A stretch of 64,000 bases of DNA, from the NCBI GenBank assembly GCA_965222075.1, contig OZ244937.1, forward strand, positions 160,001 through 224,000. The letters are read 5' to 3'. The notes beneath the pieces are model-generated. The model made no database searches. It saw only the letters and a program-made list of their open reading frames with translations, and was not told the DNA's origin. This stretch comes from Candidatus Latescibacterota bacterium (lineage in GTDB: Bacteria; Latescibacterota; UBA2968; GCA-2709665). Made by a program: the position numbers and the translations under genes. Below are positions 39,910-50,578 of the stretch, piece after piece (positions within the stretch are counted from its first letter, which is position 1; the number at the start of each line of letters is the position of its first letter).

Positions 39910-41370
39910 ATGCCCCCCACCACACCGGATCGACCGAACGTTCTTCTGATCTGCACGGACCACTGGAGCGGGCTGATCACGCGGCAGGCGGGACATCCGG
40001 TGGTAATGACGCCAACCCTCGACCAATTCAGTCGAAACGGCGTGACGTTTACCAACGCCTATTCCGCCACCCCCTCCTGCATCCCGGCTCGCCGGACGCT
40101 GATGACGGGCATGAGCAATCGCTCCCTCGGAGGACGGGATCTGACCAGCCGGGATAGGCTTCCTGATGTGCCCACGATGGCCCAGTGTTTTCGGGACGGG
40201 GGGTATCAGGCCTATGCGGTGGGGAAGCTGCACGTCTATCCCCAGCGCAATCGTATCGGGTTCGACGACGCGATCATAGACGAGCAGGGCCGCCAGCACC
40301 TGGGCGGAGGGGCAGATGACTACGAACTGTTCCTGGTGGATCAAGGGTATCCCGGGCTGGCGTACGGCACCGGCATGGTCCACAACGATATGATCACCCG
40401 CCCCTGGCACCTTCCCGAGTACTGCCATCCGGTCAACTGGGCGGTTCGTGAAATGTCGCGGACGATCCGCAGGAGAGATCCGCAAAAACCGGGCTTCTGG
40501 TACCTCTCCTTCAGTCCCTTGTCAGCGTCGATGACTCCACTGCAGGCCTATCTGGACCTCTATCGTGATATCGAGATCGACCGGCCCTCCACGGGCAACT
40601 GGTCCTCTGACCCGGATCGCCTCCCCTATGCGCTCAAGGCAAAAAACGTGAACAAAAGCTCGCTCGTGGACGCCCCGTGGCACGATCAGGAACTGGCCCG
40701 ACGGGGGTTTTACGCCATCGCCACACAGATCGACCATCAGATCCGGTTGATGGTTGGCATGCTGCGCGAGGAGGACCTCCTGGACAATACCGTGATCGTC
40801 TTCACGGGCGATCACGGCCATATGCTCGGAGACCACGGCCTCTGGTGCATGACGCCCTTTTACGAGATGGCGGCGAAGATCCCGCTGATCATCGTGCCGC
40901 CTGCTGCGGATACCCGCTTTCAGCGGGGCGCTGTCGACGGGCGCCTCGCGGAGTTCGGCGACATCATGCCGACGCTGCTGGACCTCTGCACCCTGCCGAT
41001 CCCCGACACGGTGGAGGGGATTTCCCTGTGGAGCGACCGGCGGCGGGACGTTCTGTTTGGGGAGATGGCCAAAGGGAAACAGGCCATGCGCACGATCCGT
41101 GCCGGACGATACAAGCTGATTTATTACCCGACCGGGAATCACGTCCAGCTCTTCGACACCGAGGACGATCCCCGGGAGACGACCGATCTGTCAGGGGATT
41201 CCCGGTACGCCGAAGAGCGGGAGCGTCTGAAGGACCTGCTGATCCAGCATTTGTACGGAGGTGACGAGGAGTGGGTACAGGACGGGGAGCTGGTGGGCCT
41301 GCCGGAGGTGAAATTCGTCTCGCCCGACGCGCGGGACCTGGGAAATCAAAGAGGGCTCCGATTCTTGTAG
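39910..41370 (+). CDS. Sulfatase clade C
   Basis: 'PNVLLICTDH', CIPAR, 'GKLH', 'GDHG'. Confidence 0.9.
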   Translation: MPPTTPDRPNVLLICTDHWSGLITRQAGHPVVMTPTLDQFSRNGVTFTNAYSATPSCIPARRTLMTGMSNRSLGGRDLTSRDRLPDVPTMAQCFRDGGYQAYAVGKLHVYPQRNRIGFDDAIIDEQGRQHLGGGADDYELFLVDQGYPGLAYGTGMVHNDMITRPWHLPEYCHPVNWAVREMSRTIRRRDPQKPGFWYLSFSPLSASMTPLQAYLDLYRDIEIDRPSTGNWSSDPDRLPYALKAKNVNKSSLVDAPWHDQELARRGFYAIATQIDHQIRLMVGMLREEDLLDNTVIVFTGDHGHMLGDHGLWCMTPFYEMAAKIPLIIVPPAADTRFQRGAVDGRLAEFGDIMPTLLDLCTLPIPDTVEGISLWSDRRRDVLFGEMAKGKQAMRTIRAGRYKLIYYPTGNHVQLFDTEDDPRETTDLSGDSRYAEERERLKDLLIQHLYGGDEEWVQDGELVGLPEVKFVSPDARDLGNQRGLRFL

Positions 41371-41397
41371 ATGACTGATTCGTTTGGAGGCAATGGA

Positions 41398-42318
41398 ATG
41401 GCGCGAACACCCCTTTACGTCTGTATGACTATGGACGTGGAAAGAGCCCGCGAATCCGGAGTAAGGGTGGGGCCGCCCACGTGGGCGTTCGCCGAACGGT
41501 CGGTGCGCGCCTACTGTGGCCTGCTGGCCGAACACGGTCTGCCCGCCACGCTGTTTGTCGTGCCGGATACGGCGACCGAACAGGGCAGGATGCTCAGGGA
41601 GGTCGCCGAGGAGACCGGGGCAGAGTTGGGGATGCACTTCCACCCCCAGTTCTGGAGGGACAACCATGAAAACGAGGCGGCCTACGACTGCCTGGGCGGC
41701 TATACCGGGGAGGAGCAAAAGGCGATCCTCTCGGAGGCGCTGGGCCAGGTGGCCGAGGGACTGGGGATGCGCCCGAAGGCATTCCGTCCCGGGAACGTTT
41801 CGGCGAACGACGAAACCTTCCAGGTGCTGGTCGATCTCGGATTTACCCACGGGAGCGTAAGCCAGCCGGGACGGGCGGTCTCTCGGGTAAGGGCGGTGTG
41901 GCGGGACGCATGCCTGGACGTGCACCGGGCGCACCGGGCGTTCAGGATGGTGCCGGGGGATCTCGATTTTGTCGAAGTTCCGATCACGAGCGACCAGGAT
42001 CGGAGCGACACCAGGTGGGGGGTGGGCGACGTGCGATTCGAGAAGGCCACACCTGAGCAAGTGGAGAAGGCGGTGAGACAGCACGTGACCCGACAGGTGG
42101 ACGAAGGCATTCCCATCAAGAACATCTGTCTGTTTACCCACAATACGGTAAATCTATGGTCTGCCGATGAGTCGGAGCAGGGGAGGCGTGGGGTGGTGGA
42201 GGAATCGATCTCCAGAATCCGCAAGATTGCGGACGATTTGGGGCTGGAGGTCAAGGGGGCGACGGTGGCGGAGGTGCGAGAAGCGTTCCTGGCAGCGGAG
42301 CGATCGGACGGGACCTGA
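41398..42318 (+). CDS. Polysaccharide deacetylase (NodB/CE4-like) family protein
   Basis: 'TMDVE', 'ATLFV', 'ELGMHFHP', 'FRPG', 'EVPIT', 'THN'; alternative start 41371. Confidence 0.75.
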   Translation: MARTPLYVCMTMDVERARESGVRVGPPTWAFAERSVRAYCGLLAEHGLPATLFVVPDTATEQGRMLREVAEETGAELGMHFHPQFWRDNHENEAAYDCLGGYTGEEQKAILSEALGQVAEGLGMRPKAFRPGNVSANDETFQVLVDLGFTHGSVSQPGRAVSRVRAVWRDACLDVHRAHRAFRMVPGDLDFVEVPITSDQDRSDTRWGVGDVRFEKATPEQVEKAVRQHVTRQVDEGIPIKNICLFTHNTVNLWSADESEQGRRGVVEESISRIRKIADDLGLEVKGATVAEVREAFLAAERSDGT

Positions 42319-42457
42319 GACCCTTCTATCGGCGACCCGTCTGCACAGGGGCAGGTGCATACTCGGATGGCCCGCTAAGGTCGGGATGGCCAGATATGAG
42401 GGCAAGGACGTCATCCTGACGTTTCAAGCCCATAGTGAATCCCATTGAGGAGATCCC

Positions 42458-44746
42458 ATGCCAAAAGCACGACCGCAGCGCGTCAGCATCACGATCCAGC
42501 CCCTGCCGGGGAACGAGCCCGACGAGCTCGAGGTCGCGTTTAAGGATGTGGACGGTTCAGAAGCCCGTGGGCACGACCTCACCCTCACCGCCGGCAAGGT
42601 CGGGACATGGGAGATCACGACGACCGCGGCCGACACGGTGGCTGCAGGCGGAGGGTTCCTCTTCCAGCGGCACACCTTCCTCTTCTCCTTTCGCATACAG
42701 GACTACAACCCGGAGGGCCGCGACTTCGTGACTTTCCAAAGCCAGACCGACGCCCGGCTGAGGCTGATCATCAACTCCGCCCGGCAGTCTCACCAGCCCA
42801 GTTTCGCGCAGGTGGTCGTGGAGGAGGGCGAAATGAAGGCCGGGGACCGCTTTACGATCCGGATCGGAGACCGCAGCCGGGGAGGCGCGGGCAGCGAAGT
42901 CTTCGACGTCACCGCCCTCGGTCGGATCCTGGGGGCCGTGGATCGAGACGGCAGCGGGACCTTTCGGGAATTCGCGTCCAATCCGTCCAGGATCCTGATT
43001 ACTTCGGACCCCAGACCCGCCTTGTTGCGGGTACTCGGGCCCTCGATCGTCCCGCCCGGCGAGCCCTTCCCGCTCAATCTGGTCGTGTTTGACGCGCATC
43101 ACAACGTGTGCGAGCAGTACCAGGGCGAGGTCGCCCTCTCCTCAGACGCCTCTGCGGTCACCGGCCTGCCCGATATCGTCTCATTCGGTCCCGAACACAA
43201 AGGGATCGTCATCCTGGAGGATCTCCGGATATCTGAGCCCGGTCTGCTCCGGCTGAAGGCAAAGGACGAGCGGAGGGGAATCCAGGCCTTGAGCAATCCG
43301 ATCCTCTGCAGGCAGCATCCAGAACGGCTGCTGCTGTGGGGAGGGTTCCATGGGCACACCTATGGCGACGCCGCAAACGCCCTGATCGATGACGCGAACT
43401 TCAAACTCAATCCGACCAGTCGGCACGACCAGGCCAGGCGGGTGGGTCGGTACGACTTCGGATCCCCCGGTCCCATGGCGCCGCAGCACCCCTCCGAGCG
43501 GTCCGGAATCTGGGAGGATCACCAGCAGGCCTACCGCAAAAACGACGAGCCCGGTCGTTACGTCCCCTTCCTGGCTTTGGAAGTCCACACCCGACCCGGG
43601 GGCGACCGGAACATGATCTTTCGCGAATGGGCGGACGCCTATTACACCCCCGCGTACGGTGACTGCCGCATGGAGAAGGTCATGGCCGAATATGCCGGCC
43701 GGGAGGACGTCATCCTGGAGGCGCACATCGGGGGCGGTCCGCCGGACTGGGTGGCCTACCGTCCGAAGCACGAGCCCCTGCTGGAGATCGCCAGCGGACA
43801 CGGCACCTTCGAGTGGGTGCTCCAGCTCGCCCTGGACTACGGCTACCGCCCGGCCGTCATTGGATCCGAAGACACCCACCTGGCGACGATGGGGGCCCCG
43901 ATGTCCGCCAAATGTTACATGGGAAGGTGGCAAAACATCGCCCTGGATTTCCGGGACACCGGCTTTGGCTGCGGACCCGTAGCCGCGGTCTGGGCGGAGC
44001 GGTGCGAGCGGAATGCCATCTGGAAGGCGGTCCGGGAGCGGCGCACCTTTGCCACCACCGGCGCCCGCATCATCCTGGATGTCTCCGTCAACGGCAGCCC
44101 AGGGGGCAGCGAGATCCAGTTCTCCGGCCCGGCCAGGATCGCCGTCAAGGCCCACGCCTACGCCCCCGTCCAGCGAGTGGACCTGATCCGAAACGACCGC
44201 TGCCTGCGCTCCTGGCATCCCGGAGAACTGGACATCGACCTGGAGCACGTCGACGAACAGCCGCTGCGGGAGGCGGCCTACTACGTTCGGCTGCGCCAGG
44301 AGGACGGGGAATACGCCTGGAGTACCCCGGTCTGGGCGGACTGCGCCGACGGCGCGGAGCAACCGGATGCGGACCTGCCCATGTGGAACGCCCACGAGGA
44401 GGTGGACCTGTCCGGGCTGCGCCCGAACGACGCCGAGACCTACGAGGGAGACCTGCGACGGTATCTGGAGGTGGAGGAGGACATCGATCAGTTTCACGAC
44501 ATCGCCCCGGTGAAGATCGTGGAGGAGGTCCCGGGTCGTTCCGCCCTCTTCTATGCCTACTTCGGCCCGGCCCGCGACCCGATCAGCATCCGGTGGTATT
44601 TCGAATTCCACATGCCCAGGATTCACCTGGACTGGGGCTGGCGGGACTTCGGGTTCCGGATTACGTCGCTCAGCCTCGAAAAAAAGTATCAACAGGCGGG
44701 GCGACCATTGGGGGTCCCACGGTCGCGAGGGCCTTCTGATGATTGA
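42458..44746 (+). CDS. DUF3604-like / PHP-fold metallohydrolase, copy 2
   Basis: Full-length paralog of 32848..35103 ('WGGFHGH', 'GSEDTH'). Confidence 0.75.
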   Translation: MPKARPQRVSITIQPLPGNEPDELEVAFKDVDGSEARGHDLTLTAGKVGTWEITTTAADTVAAGGGFLFQRHTFLFSFRIQDYNPEGRDFVTFQSQTDARLRLIINSARQSHQPSFAQVVVEEGEMKAGDRFTIRIGDRSRGGAGSEVFDVTALGRILGAVDRDGSGTFREFASNPSRILITSDPRPALLRVLGPSIVPPGEPFPLNLVVFDAHHNVCEQYQGEVALSSDASAVTGLPDIVSFGPEHKGIVILEDLRISEPGLLRLKAKDERRGIQALSNPILCRQHPERLLLWGGFHGHTYGDAANALIDDANFKLNPTSRHDQARRVGRYDFGSPGPMAPQHPSERSGIWEDHQQAYRKNDEPGRYVPFLALEVHTRPGGDRNMIFREWADAYYTPAYGDCRMEKVMAEYAGREDVILEAHIGGGPPDWVAYRPKHEPLLEIASGHGTFEWVLQLALDYGYRPAVIGSEDTHLATMGAPMSAKCYMGRWQNIALDFRDTGFGCGPVAAVWAERCERNAIWKAVRERRTFATTGARIILDVSVNGSPGGSEIQFSGPARIAVKAHAYAPVQRVDLIRNDRCLRSWHPGELDIDLEHVDEQPLREAAYYVRLRQEDGEYAWSTPVWADCADGAEQPDADLPMWNAHEEVDLSGLRPNDAETYEGDLRRYLEVEEDIDQFHDIAPVKIVEEVPGRSALFYAYFGPARDPISIRWYFEFHMPRIHLDWGWRDFGFRITSLSLEKKYQQAGRPLGVPRSRGPSDD

Positions 44747-46820
44747 AAAGACGAAAGCCGCGTCCATTTCCATCTCTGCGAAAACCAGGATCGAAGCCGC
44801 CTACCGTGCCTACCTCACCGGCCTGATCGAGGGCCTTGAGCGCGCCTACGGACGCGTAAACGACACCTTTCCCGAATCGCGGGAGGAATGGGAATCCTGG
44901 GCACCACGACTTCGCAGGAAGCTGCGCCGGGACGTCCTGAAGTTTCCACCTGAGGACATACCTCTCAAGCCGCAGGTCCTGGACAGGCGGGAATACGAGG
45001 ACTACGCCATAGAGAAGCTCATCTATCAAACCGAGGAGGACCAGTTTATCACGGCCAACCTCTATCTGCCAAAGGAGGTCCAGTTCCCTGTACCGGGCAT
45101 AGCGGTCGGGACCGGCCACGGGGGAAGCAAATCTACCGATTACAACCAGTATGGTGGCCAGATCTACGCCCGGGCCGGATGCGTTGTGCTGATCCCCGAC
45201 AACATCGGGGAGGGAGACCGGCGATTTGGCGGAGGGCACTGGAGCCTGGCCGACTCAGGGACCCTCGTGGGCCGCCCGATTCAGGGGAAAATCATCTGGG
45301 ATTTCATGCGTGCGATCGATTACCTGTGCACGCGGCCCGAAGTCGACAGGGAGCGGATAGCCTGCATCGGCCACTCGCTGGGTGGGTTCATCTCTTCGTA
45401 TGCCGCGGCCCTCGACGAGCGCGTGAGCCTCGCCATTCCGGCCTCGAGTGCCGCCGTCAGCCACCTGGGCGAACAGTTCCGCGCCGTCTGCTGTTTTATG
45501 CCCTTCCGTGTCAACTGCTACGCCGACAGACCCGAGATCGTCAGCCTGATCGCCCCGCGGCCCTGTCTCCTCAACGCCGGGGCCCTGGACGGGGTGCGCA
45601 TCGAGCGGGTCAGAGAGACATACCGGGTGGCCGGCAGGGTGTATGGCCTGTTGGACGCCCGGGATAATCTGGCTCTGAACGTCGTCGAGAATGACGGACA
45701 CGCGCCCCTGCATCTGAACAAGGCGTCATTCGCCTTCATAGGAAAACACTTCGGGTTTCCCAGATTCGGAGCCGAGGAGATCCAGGGCCTGGGAGAAAGG
45801 ACCAACCCGGAGTTTCGCCAGTATCGGGAGACCCGGCTGGTCGATCTCCCGGTCGTCTATGAAGCGACTGAAACCGAGGAGGAGGGTCTGCACAAAAGCA
45901 CCGTCTGCCCTGCCCTCGACTGTCTCTCCCCGGATGAAGTCCGGGACCCCAGGTTCTCCACCTCGGGATGGCGGGAACGCGTGACCCGGGGCCTCCCGCC
46001 CGAATTTCAAATACCGGACTCAGGCGAACGGTGGAACCGGTGGCGTGAGGAGGGACGACAGAAGGTCCGAAAACTCCTGCGGATCCCGGGCTACTCCCCC
46101 ATCAACGCCAACCCGGACCGGATGCGGGCCCGGGTGCTCGAGAAAACCGGCCTGGAAGGGGGTCTGTCCCGCGAAGTGATTTGTCTGGGCGACCTGGAGA
46201 TCCTGGCCTTTCTCTGGCTCCCCCCCGCCGATGGACCGGTCCCGCTCGTCTTCTACCTGCACGGGAGCCGGACCGGCGAAGGGGCGTTCACGCCGGAGGT
46301 CCGTCAATGGCTGGACCGAAACGAAGCAGTCATCTCCCTCGACCTGGTTACGCTGAGCATGGGAGCGGGCAGCGATCTGGGCTGCGGGACCTCCGCCACC
46401 GCCGTGAACGTCGGCCAACTGAGATGTGCCCTGGAATTTGTCCAAAGCCGTGCGGAGATCGATCAATCTCGGTTCCGCTGCGTGGGAGAGGTGGACGACG
46501 TCGCTCTCTACTGGGGAATCGTGGAAGACCGGATCGACGATATCGTCCTGAGATCCAGAGGCGGGATGGAGCCCCAGGAAGTCTATCACATCACCAGCAG
46601 GTGGGGAGCCAAAGGCGGAGAACGCTACGAAGGGATCGTTCCCGAGGCGTGGATCCACTTCTCCAGGGCCGAACTCCTGAGCCTGTTGGCCCCCCGAAAT
46701 CTGACCCTCCAGTCGAAGGAGACCTCGGAGGATCTGGTAAAGGTCCGCCGGGTCTATGCCCTTCTGGGGGCCGAGGATCGGCTTCGAACATCCGGGAATG
46801 GCAGCGGTATCGACTGCTGA
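44739..46820 (+). CDS. Acetylxylan-esterase-like alpha/beta hydrolase with a degenerate second domain
   Basis: 'ITANLYLP', 'GHG', GHSLGG, 'LIAPRP'. Second half has 'LHG' and 'LLAPRNL' but no GxSxG. Confidence 0.8.
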   Translation: MIEKTKAASISISAKTRIEAAYRAYLTGLIEGLERAYGRVNDTFPESREEWESWAPRLRRKLRRDVLKFPPEDIPLKPQVLDRREYEDYAIEKLIYQTEEDQFITANLYLPKEVQFPVPGIAVGTGHGGSKSTDYNQYGGQIYARAGCVVLIPDNIGEGDRRFGGGHWSLADSGTLVGRPIQGKIIWDFMRAIDYLCTRPEVDRERIACIGHSLGGFISSYAAALDERVSLAIPASSAAVSHLGEQFRAVCCFMPFRVNCYADRPEIVSLIAPRPCLLNAGALDGVRIERVRETYRVAGRVYGLLDARDNLALNVVENDGHAPLHLNKASFAFIGKHFGFPRFGAEEIQGLGERTNPEFRQYRETRLVDLPVVYEATETEEEGLHKSTVCPALDCLSPDEVRDPRFSTSGWRERVTRGLPPEFQIPDSGERWNRWREEGRQKVRKLLRIPGYSPINANPDRMRARVLEKTGLEGGLSREVICLGDLEILAFLWLPPADGPVPLVFYLHGSRTGEGAFTPEVRQWLDRNEAVISLDLVTLSMGAGSDLGCGTSATAVNVGQLRCALEFVQSRAEIDQSRFRCVGEVDDVALYWGIVEDRIDDIVLRSRGGMEPQEVYHITSRWGAKGGERYEGIVPEAWIHFSRAELLSLLAPRNLTLQSKETSEDLVKVRRVYALLGAEDRLRTSGNGSGIDC

Positions 46821-46923
46821 TCGGCCTGGCAGCCCGTCGCGAACGGCCTGTCGCACCGCTCTGAGCGAGACCCACGCGGTTGCATTCAATCGAGTCTACG
46901 GAACTCTGTAAAAGGATTGCGCA

Positions 46924-48954
46924 ATGACGGAGAAATCGAGGCATCCATCCTGGTTTTCCGAGGGAATCGTATTCACGGGAAATTGGGAACCGCTTTTTAT
47001 GCGAAGACGAGCGGGACGAGCAAGATACAATGAAAGCGAACTCTATCTGGAAGAGCACAGCGAGTCCACCGTCAAAGAGCTGGCCGAAGCGGGCATCAAT
47101 CTGATCATCACGCACTTCACCAAGGGGGGCTCCGCCGAAGAGGAGGCTGAAGAGGTCGAGATGACCAGGCTCCTGGCCCAGCGCTGTCATCGATTCGGGA
47201 TCAAGCTCGGCACCTACATCCGCTATGATACCCTCTACCCAGACCTGCTGGGCGATCGCCCGGAAGCGTTGGGATGGGAGCGTCGCATGTGGGACGACTC
47301 CCGGCCCACCTACAGCCGGCAGTCGTTCAGAAAGCTCGCCTGCCCCACCTGTGAGGAACACCTGAAGTGGGTCGAGGAAAAGGTCGAGCTCGCGATCCGA
47401 TACGTCGAGGCGGACCTGATCCACTTCGACGGGTTCGAGGTCGGAAACGAACCCGCCTCCTGCCAGTGCACGCGCTGCCGTGAGGCGTTTCATCGGTTTC
47501 TGGTGGAAAAGTACGATGACGACCGTGAGCGGATGAAGGAGCGATTCGGACACACCCACCTCGATCGAATCGACCCCCCACACTATCACCCGGTCACAGC
47601 CCCGTTCGTTCCGGCCAACCCGGTGCCACAGCCCGTTGCGCAGGACTGGGCGGAGTTTCGCTGGTCCCTCACCGCCAGGATCCACCGACGTCTCTCGAAC
47701 CTGATTCGCAGCCTCAACCCGGAGGCGGCCGTGGAGGTGAACGGCGGGTTTTCCGTAGACCGCAACGCCTATGTAAGCCGCGGCGGAGACGTCGCCATAT
47801 ACGCCTCCAACAACGATGCGGTGTGGACCGAAGATCAGCACTGGCCCGGCATCCAGGACGGGGTCCTCGTCTCTCGGGTCCGGCAGTTCAAGTGCGTCCA
47901 GGGACTGGGCAACGTCGCATTCTCCTACATCAGGGGGGACACCGAACGCCAGCTGCGGCTCAGCTTTGGACAGGCCATGGCCTTCAACAACGGATCGCTC
48001 GGGCACGTCGGATCCGGGCTGCCGATGCAGGAGCCCTACTGGCCCGTCATCCGAAAGTGGCTCCGGTTCTTCCGATCGAACGAAGGCCTGCTCCAGGGGA
48101 CGACCGGACTCGCCCGCGTGGCCGTCCTCCGGCACCGCGCCTCGCTCGCGTTCGGCGGCGGCGAAGCCTACCGCAGTGCCGGAGTGGCCGAGCAGGTCTT
48201 GATCCAGTCGCACATCCCATTCGACATCCTCTACGATCAGCATCTGCCCGACCGCATCGGCAACTACGCCGCCATAATCCTCCCCAACGCCGTGTGTCTA
48301 TCCGATCAGGAGGCGGACCGGTTTCAGCGCTATGTTTCCGAAGGGGGTGGGCTGGTGGTGACCGAGCGGTCCGGATTCTTCGATGAGGTCCGGAGGGAGC
48401 GGGAAGATACCGTCCTGCGGCCCCTGGTCGGAGACCGGGCCCACCCGGCCTGGCTTGCCCGAAATGAAGGCCTGTTCGGGGGCAACCGGCGGATTCTCAC
48501 GCCCGAACAGAAGCTGGAGACGATCCAAAGGGAATTTGGGGAAGGGCGCGTCGCCTATCTCCCTGGAGCGACCTACCAGAACCAGGGCGCCCACATCTGG
48601 TCCCTGCCGGAAGACTGGAGAGAGCTGGAAGAGGCCGTGCGCTGGGCCGCCAACTCTCCCATGCCCATCCTCACCGACGCCCCGCCGACGGTGGTCTGTG
48701 AGCCGTTGTCCACGCACGATCGCCACCGGGTGGTCCATCTTGTGAATTATGACTTGACACACCCAGCGCAGAACATTACCCTAGATGCGGAGATTCCTGA
48801 GGACCGAACAGTTCGGCGCGTGAGACGGCATGACCTGGATGCGGACGCCCATCAGGATCTGTCTTACAACCTTCGAAACGGCCGCTGTCAGGTCCGGATC
48901 CCCGACCTGGACATCTATGCCCTGGTTGAGATTGAACTGGGAGAGCGCACGTGA
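46924..48954 (+). CDS. Putative glycoside hydrolase-like TIM barrel with class I GAT/beta-galactosidase trimerisation-like domain
   Basis: 'AC..C', 'DLIHFDG', 'CQCTRC..AF', 'HIPFDIL', 'ILPNAVCLSD....F..YV..GG.LV', 'VVHLVNY'. Confidence 0.65.
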   Translation: MTEKSRHPSWFSEGIVFTGNWEPLFMRRRAGRARYNESELYLEEHSESTVKELAEAGINLIITHFTKGGSAEEEAEEVEMTRLLAQRCHRFGIKLGTYIRYDTLYPDLLGDRPEALGWERRMWDDSRPTYSRQSFRKLACPTCEEHLKWVEEKVELAIRYVEADLIHFDGFEVGNEPASCQCTRCREAFHRFLVEKYDDDRERMKERFGHTHLDRIDPPHYHPVTAPFVPANPVPQPVAQDWAEFRWSLTARIHRRLSNLIRSLNPEAAVEVNGGFSVDRNAYVSRGGDVAIYASNNDAVWTEDQHWPGIQDGVLVSRVRQFKCVQGLGNVAFSYIRGDTERQLRLSFGQAMAFNNGSLGHVGSGLPMQEPYWPVIRKWLRFFRSNEGLLQGTTGLARVAVLRHRASLAFGGGEAYRSAGVAEQVLIQSHIPFDILYDQHLPDRIGNYAAIILPNAVCLSDQEADRFQRYVSEGGGLVVTERSGFFDEVRREREDTVLRPLVGDRAHPAWLARNEGLFGGNRRILTPEQKLETIQREFGEGRVAYLPGATYQNQGAHIWSLPEDWRELEEAVRWAANSPMPILTDAPPTVVCEPLSTHDRHRVVHLVNYDLTHPAQNITLDAEIPEDRTVRRVRRHDLDADAHQDLSYNLRNGRCQVRIPDLDIYALVEIELGERT

Positions 48955-50426
48955 TGCCTGACAGGCCCAATCTCTTGTTTATCTTTACCGACCAGCAGCG
49001 ATCTGACACGATGTGCTGCTACGGCAACACCTACATCCAGACCCCAAACCTGAATGCCCTGGCCGATAAAAGCTTCGTATTCGAGCACGCCTATGTCACC
49101 CAACCCGTCTGCACCCCGGCGCGTTCGACGATCATGACCGGCCTCTACCCCCACACGAACGGCTGCACCACAAACAATACGCCGCTCCGACCGGATACAC
49201 GGACCCTTGCCGAAATGGTCTCCGATGACTATCACTGTGGCTACTACGGCAAGTGGCACCTCGGCGACGAGGTGGTCCCCCAGCACGGCTTCGAGGATTG
49301 GGTCAGCATTGAGGACAACTATCGACAGTACTATTCCAAAAAGGAGTATCTCTCCCGACTCAGCGATCACTGCCGGTATCTGCTCGCCAACGGCTTCGAG
49401 CCCAACGCGCAAAAAGAGGGCGCCAGAGTCTTCAGCCGCCCCGTGGCGGCCCGGCTCCCCGAGCGGTTCACCAAGGCCGCCTTTCTGGGGCGGGAGTCCG
49501 CGCGCTTCATCCGCGAAAACCAGGACCGACCCTTCGTGCTCTACGTCAACTTCCTGGAGCCCCACTCCCCCTTTACCGGGCCGCTCGACGACCTCTATCC
49601 CCCCGACGAGATCCTCGTGGGGCCCCATTTTCTGCAAAAGCCCCCGGAAGATGCGCCCCTGCCCCACCGGATGCTCGCCGACCACTACACGCAGCAGTCC
49701 GACTACGAGGGTCTCGACCTGAGGACCGAGGCCGGCTGGCGCAAGCTTCGGGCGCAGTATCTGGGACTGGTCACGCTGGTCGACCGCGCAGTCGGCGAAA
49801 TCCTTTCCGCCCTCGACGAATCCGGCCAGGCCGACAACACCATCGTGGTCTTCACCAGCGACCACGGCGATATGATGGGCGACCACGGCATCGTTGCCAA
49901 GTGCGTACTCTACGAGGAAGCCGTCAAAGTGCCGCTGCTCGTGCGCGTGCCCTGGCTTGGGCGAGAGCATCGAATCGTGGAGGGACGTGTCAGCCAGATC
50001 GACCTGGTGCCCACGCTGCTCGACCTGATGGACGAGCCTGTCCCGGAGGGCCTGCAGGGGGAGAGCCGTGCGTCGACCCTTCGGGGGGAGGCCACGCTGG
50101 AGGACAACGACGCGTTCATCGAATGGATCGGTCACAACGGGCGGTTTCCTTCCGGGAACCGTCCTGGGTTCCCTCCGGACCCCTCCGATGAAAGGGTGAA
50201 CCGCCTGCTGGGGCTGCCGTGGCGGACGGTGGTCTCAGCGGAGGGTTGGAAGCTCAACCTGAGCCCGGAGGACCGGTGCGAGCTGTTCAATTTGAACGCC
50301 GATCCGGTTGAGCAGGTCAACCTCTTCGACGATTCGGCGCAGCGGGATCGGGTCCGAGACCTCACCGAACGGATCCGCCGCTGGCAGCAGCATACAGAAG
50401 ACAATGTCCCGCTTCCTTCAGTGTAA
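48954..50426 (+). CDS. Sulfatase clade B, copy 2
   Basis: CTPAR, 'GKWH', 'EPH'; paralog of 38423..39895. Confidence 0.9.
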   Translation: MPDRPNLLFIFTDQQRSDTMCCYGNTYIQTPNLNALADKSFVFEHAYVTQPVCTPARSTIMTGLYPHTNGCTTNNTPLRPDTRTLAEMVSDDYHCGYYGKWHLGDEVVPQHGFEDWVSIEDNYRQYYSKKEYLSRLSDHCRYLLANGFEPNAQKEGARVFSRPVAARLPERFTKAAFLGRESARFIRENQDRPFVLYVNFLEPHSPFTGPLDDLYPPDEILVGPHFLQKPPEDAPLPHRMLADHYTQQSDYEGLDLRTEAGWRKLRAQYLGLVTLVDRAVGEILSALDESGQADNTIVVFTSDHGDMMGDHGIVAKCVLYEEAVKVPLLVRVPWLGREHRIVEGRVSQIDLVPTLLDLMDEPVPEGLQGESRASTLRGEATLEDNDAFIEWIGHNGRFPSGNRPGFPPDPSDERVNRLLGLPWRTVVSAEGWKLNLSPEDRCELFNLNADPVEQVNLFDDSAQRDRVRDLTERIRRWQQHTEDNVPLPSV

Positions 50427-50578
50427 GGAAGCCGCCCAACAACGTTACCGCCGAAGGGCGCTTGGGGACGGCGAAACTTCGGCGAGTACCCTGCCCCTGG
50501 CAACCTTTGCCGAAAGCTACCCGTAAGGGCCCAGGTAAAAGGGGCCTGTCCATATCCATCATCGAAGCGAGGAAGCCG